From assembly GCA_951406725.2 (NCBI GenBank), contig OX597841.1, forward strand, positions 4,960,001-5,024,000: a stretch of 64,000 bases of DNA, given 5' to 3'. Below are positions 59,248 to 64,000 of this stretch, one piece after another. Origin of the DNA: Octopus vulgaris (lineage: Eukaryota). The position numbers and the translations under genes are program-made. Position 1 is the stretch's first letter. Each line of letters begins with the position of its first letter. The notes beneath the pieces are model-generated. The model saw only the letters and a program-made list of their open reading frames with translations. It was not told the DNA's origin and did not search any database.

Positions 59248-60650
59248 CTTAGCACAACAGATGGTTAATGTTAATTAATCATAAGTGACAAATAGAGATA
59301 TGTTGTAAGAAATAGTTGAAACTTGTGCTAAATATATCAAAGTCCTCATAAATTTCAAAGCCTTCCTGCTTCAGTTTGTCCCTCGTTATTTCACCTTAAA
59401 GCTACAATCACTCTGTAAGTATCGTTTTCGTTCTTTCTCACTAATTTCTGTCTTCATTTAAACAATTTGATTAATCTAATTTTCAGAAAATATATCTCAT
59501 AGGTTGTGTGAATTCCGAAATTCACTTTGCGACGAACGGAAAAATGTGTCGAAGCTCGTTGTACGTTTTCGTGTTTTTCCCCCAACAATTCTTGACGAAC
59601 GGTGTTCGTTTGTTTATGCCCCTCTTACGCAGCGATTCGGCAAAAGTAATAGATAATAAACGTAAGGCGAGTTTGATGACGGCCCGCCCGCCTTAAAAAC
59701 TGGTTCAGTGACAGGTCGGACGGGTTAGTAAAGTTTTAACGTTGTTGGTAACAACATATTCTCTTTTCTAATTAAATATTGAAAAAGAGAGAAAATGCAA
59801 GGGAAATTAATTTTGGCGGTACTTGTTTCATTAAAAAGAATTCAAAATTCTTTAATTAAAAAGAAATTCAGAGGTGTAACGTTGCGCAAATTCATTATTC
59901 CCTTGTGTTTTTCACGCACATGTTAGGTTGCCGATAAACATATTTCGTTACAACGTAAAAACATGTATTCAAATACAACTAACAAAGAAAAACTAACAAA
60001 AAAAGATAGGGTGTGGCACAACCTATTTCTGACTTATTCTACTCCTATTTCACTTTGTAGTGATTGTTGGTTGGTGAAATTCGAGCGGCTCAGAAACCGG
60101 ATCTAATCCCCGGGACCGTATATATGCTTTGCTCAAAGCTTAAGCCATACAAGTGTAAGTTCGTGCTGTAAACGAATACAATAATATCACATCCGTTTTG
60201 TCAGTAGCACTCATTTTGTCTACGAACGTTAGGGATATATTATTCTTTGTTTATTTAGGCTAACTTAGTAATAACTAATTAGCACAACAGATGGTTAATG
60301 TTAATTAATCATAAGTGACAAATAGAGATATGTTGTAAGAAATAGTTGAAAGTTGTGCTGAATATATCAAAGTCCACATAAATTTCAAAGCCTTCCCGCT
60401 TCAGTTTGTCCCACGTTATTTCACCTTAAAGCTACAATCGCTCTGTAAGTATCGTCTTTGTTCTTTCTCACTAATAACTGTATTCATTTAAATAATTTAA
60501 TTAATCCAATTTTCAGAAAATATATTTCATAAGTTGTGTAAATTCTGAAATCCACTTTGCGATTTGTGTAGAAGTTCGTCGTGCTATTTCGTGTTTGTCC
60601 CCAAAAGTTCATTTGTTAGTGCCCCTCTAACGTAGCGATTCGGCAAAAGT
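59248..60650 (+). repeat. Diverged ~400-bp direct duplication (59248-59650 and 60279-60650)
   Basis: Both begin TTAGCACAACAGATGGTTAATGTTAATTAATC and align throughout. Confidence 0.85.
60122..60160 (+). pseudogene. Degenerate fragment resembling the 5' end of 18S rRNA
   Basis: ATATGCTTTGCTCAAAGCTTAAGCCATACAAGTGTAAGT versus the conserved ATATGCTTGTCTCAAAGATTAAGCCATGCATGTCTAAGT (33 of 39 identical). Confidence 0.45.
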
Positions 60651-60719
60651 AGTCGATTGAGTAAGAGACTTAAAAAAGAAGTTACTAGTGGTGATTAGTT
60701 TAACTAAACTCTTCAACAT

Positions 60720-61118
60720 AGGCGTAGGAATGGCTGTGTGGTAAGTAGCTTGTTTACCAACCACATGGTTCCGGGTTCAGGCCCGCTGCGTGGCATCTTG
60801 GGCAAGTGTCTTCTGCTATAGCCCCGGGCCGACCAATGCCTTGTGAGTGGATTTGGTAGACGGAAAGTTAAAGAAGCCTGTCATATATATGTATATATAT
60901 ATGTGTGTGTATGTTTGTGTGTCTGTGTTTGTTCCCCTAGCATTGCTTGACAACCGATGCTGGTGTGTTTACGTCCCCGTCACTTAGCGGTTCGGCAAAA
61001 ACAGACCGATAGAATAAGTATTAGGCTTACAAAGAATAAGTCCCGGGGTCGAGTTGCTCGACTAAAGGCGGTGCTCCAGCATGGCCGCAGTCAAATGACT
61101 GAAACAAGTAAAAGAGAG
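60720..61118 (+). mobile_element. Full-length SINE-A
   Basis: Matches the other copies. Confidence 0.85.
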
Positions 61119-61335
61119 TATGGTACTACAGTATGGCCGCAGTCCAATAACTATAACAAATAACAGCTTAATCAAAGCTATTTTCTTTTAATCTGTTCTT
61201 GTTTTTTTCACATCTTTTATTTTAAAACAATTTTTTCTTCATATAAATTTCGTTGTTGATCTGGTTTTTATCTTTTGCGTGTTGCTTGTTGCAGTCTTTG
61301 AACTGCAGCCATGCTGGAGCACAGCCTTGAATAGT

Positions 61336-61936
61336 TTAACCCATTCGTTACTGCATTTATTTTGAGATGCTCTGTGTTTCTTCCAATTATTTTAAATATA
61401 CCAAAGAATTTAGTAAAATAACTTAGTTATCATTCAGCTGGTGTTAGGAACATAAATTGTGACTAAGGTTTGGTGGAAGATTTTAATTCAAAACTTAAGA
61501 AAACAAGACATTTGTACTCAGAGTCAGGGCTGGTTTCAGCCGGGTTGGTATTGAAAGGGTTAAAAACATCTCTACATTTCAGCAGATGGACATTAGAAGC
61601 AGTTGAAAGGGTGGGGATTGAAAGAAATTTAGGCTATTATTTCTAGCATACAGAGTGACCACATTGAGGTCTCCTTCTCTCATATCTTCTGCTGATTATT
61701 TTTCTTCTTAACCCTTTTGTTACCATATTTCTATTAAGATGCTCTGTGTTTCTTTCAATTACTTTAAATATAATAAAGAATTTAGTAAAATAACTTAGTT
61801 ATCATCAAGCTAGTGTTAGGGACATAAATTGTGACTAAGGTTTGGTGGAAGATTTTAATTCAAAACTTGTGAAAACAAGACATTTGTACTACAGAGCCAG
61901 AGCCAGTTTCAGCCGGGTTGGTAACAAAAGGGTTAA
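61336..61936. mobile_element. Two solo TTAA MITEs (61336-61563 and 61708-61936)
   Basis: TTAA-CCC...GGG-TTAA termini. Reverse complement of the 39207 units. Confidence 0.8.
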
Positions 61937-62064
61937 TCAGAAAAAGTCAACCCCATTATGTTTATTTCTATTATTTATCACTACAGAAATACAGTATAAT
62001 TTCTACTTTTGCAGTTTTACTGTCTAAGTATATTGTATGTCTTCAATTTATTTTTATTTTGTAG

Positions 62065-62140
62065 CACAGGCGCTGGTGAGGCCAGTACGGACCTGGAAGA
62101 CATTTCAACTGAGTGGGGTGAAGCACTAAGCAACAAGAAA
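62065..62140 (+). other. Candidate internal exon of an unidentified gene
   Basis: T-rich tract plus TGTAG acceptor and GTAAGA donor around a GC-richer open segment (TGAGEASTDLEDISTEWGEALSNKK). Confidence 0.35.
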
Positions 62141-62488
62141 GTAAGACAGATTGACAGAAGCAAGGGTCTTGTTGAAGAGGTGAATACATTGTTTGGCCAT
62201 ATATATATATATATATATATCAATATTTCTTAACTTTTTAAAGATTGAATGTTTTACAGAACAGACTTAACCCTTTAGCATTTAAACTGACCATATCCGG
62301 CCAAAAGTATTCTGCGTGTTTTATGTTCAAACTGGCCAGATCTGGTCTCTCACACCAACCCTACAATATCGTTTGTTGAGTGAAAAGTTGGACATGAGGC
62401 ATCAGATGCAGCATGCAAGAGAGGAGACTACTTTGGGTTGGAATGTGATGCAAATGAATGAATGAAGACAGCTGTGTAAAGCAGTACT

Positions 62489-62873
62489 GGAGGCGCAATG
62501 GCCCAGTGGTTAGGGCAGCGGACTCGCGGTCATAGGATCGTGGTTTCGATTCCCAGACCGGGCGTTGTGAGTGTTTATTGAGTGAAAACACCTAAAAAAG
62601 CTCCACGAGGCTCTGGCAGGGGATGGTGGTGATCCCTGCTGTACTCTTTCACCACAACTTTCTCTCACTCTTACTTCCTGTTTCTGTTGTACCTGTATTT
62701 CAAGGGGCCAGCCTTGTCACTCTCTGTGTCACGCTGAATATGCCCGAGAACTATGTTAAGGGTACACGTGTCTGTGGAGTGCTCAGCCACTTACACGTTA
62801 ATTTCACGAGCAGGCTGTTCCGTTGATTCGGATCAACCGGAACCCTCGTCGTCATAACCGACGGAGTGCTTCC
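62489..62873 (+). mobile_element. SINE-C inserted into an RTE remnant
   Basis: TSD AAAGCAGTACT at 62478-62488 and 62874-62884. Flanks translate as an RTE C-terminus (MQERRL...SCVKQYWSLKVDGTCGR). Confidence 0.85.
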
Positions 62874-63032
62874 AAAGCAGTACTGGTCACTGAAAGTGGA
62901 TGGCACCTGTGGAAGAGAGATGAAGTGTTGAGGATTGATCTCAGGATGTTAGGGGTCATTGCACTCGCATAGGATCTTACCATGTCCCTCCTTTTCAGCA
63001 GCACACTTGTTTCTGTTCTCCTACCTGTTAAC

Positions 63033-63271
63033 GCTCTCTCTCTCTCTCCCCCTCCCTCTCTCTCTCCCTCCCTCCCTCCCTCTCTCTCTCTTTCTTTCTT
63101 TCTCTCTCTATCTCTCTCTATCTTTCCCTCTCTCTCTCCCTCCCTCCCTCCCTCTCTCGCTCGCTCGCTCTCTCTCTCTCCCTCCCTCTCTCTCTCTCTC
63201 CCTCCCTCCCTCTCTCTTTCTCTCTCTCTCGCTTGCTCTCTCTCTCTCTCTCCCTCTCTCTCTCTCTCTCT
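63033..63271. repeat. CT-rich microsatellite
   Basis: Directly visible. Confidence 0.95.
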
Positions 63272-63702
63272 GGCTGGGTAACTGTTGACCTCCTCTGTAG
63301 CAAGACAGTTGTTTCTGCCTCTCTGTTACACTAATCTTTCATCATCCGACCCAAGATCAATTCCTCCAATTCCCCACTCCCTTCTCAAAGAGTCTGTAAT
63401 TGCAAAGTCACTTGGTGACCTTGCCAATGCAGGTGTCACTTAAAAAGCCCCCAGTCCACACTGTAAGGCGTTTGGCATTTGGAAGGACATCCAGCTATAA
63501 AAATCACATCAGAACTCACCTCACCTGCATGAATGCCATGTGAAACACACTCGGCCCACTCTATGGAGTTGTTGGTGTTAGGAAGGGCATCCACCCATAG
63601 AAACCATTCCAAAACACACAGAAGCATGGCACAGGCTCTTGCCTGACCAACTCCTGTCAAACCATCCAACCCATGCCAGCATAGAATGACAATGTTAAAC
63701 AA

Positions 63703-63864
63703 TGCACAGGAGTGGCTGTGTGGTAAGTAGCTTGCTAACCAACCACATGGTTCCGGGTTCAGTCCCACGGCGTGGCATCTTGGGCAAGTGTCTTCTGCTA
63801 TAGCCTCGGGCTGACCAAAGCCTTGTGAGTGGATTTGGTAGACGAAAACCGAAAGAAGCCCGTC

Positions 63865-63866
<2 letters not shown>
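63703..63866 (+). mobile_element. SINE-A 5' head
   Basis: Matches the array unit, opposite strand. Confidence 0.85.
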
Positions 63867-63904
<38 letters not shown>

Positions 63905-64000
63905 TTAGAGACAAAACCACTATTATGCAAATCAAATAAAGATGAATGTCCATAAAAGTGACAAGAAACGATCGTAGTGGATATCTTAATTATAATTTAA

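Overview
Repeat-rich animal genomic DNA, most likely an octopus (inferred from the intronless 'CDICGKSFS...HTGEKPY' C2H2 zinc-finger cluster, dense tRNA-derived SINEs and long (TA)n tracts). Coding content: four single-exon C2H2-ZNF genes, three of them recent paralogs; one about 1,820-codon minus-strand gene with six tandem NHL-like beta-propeller modules, broken by a single +1 frameshift and partly repeated across an assembly gap; and two CR1-group LINEs lying tail-to-tail inside (TA)n tracts. Remnants of RTE, R4/Dong-like, RLE, Merlin and Penelope-like elements are also present. Many short elements are amplified as local tandem arrays. The best candidate for something undescribed is an 8-unit tandem array at 36.6-37.95 kb. 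Each unit carries a minimal type-I hammerhead-ribozyme fold with the core C3-G8 pair flipped to G3-C8 and a palindromic stem III, next to a Penelope-like ORF start, i.e. a retrozyme-like locus. Other leads are an intronic antisense copy of the propeller gene's coding exon (a possible ADAR substrate), a covarying 3' hairpin shared by the LINEs and a SINE, and a possible -1 slippery site at the LINE ORF1/ORF2 overlap. All calls were made by eye; no searches or folding programs were run. Most short entries in the ORF track are artefacts of repeats.
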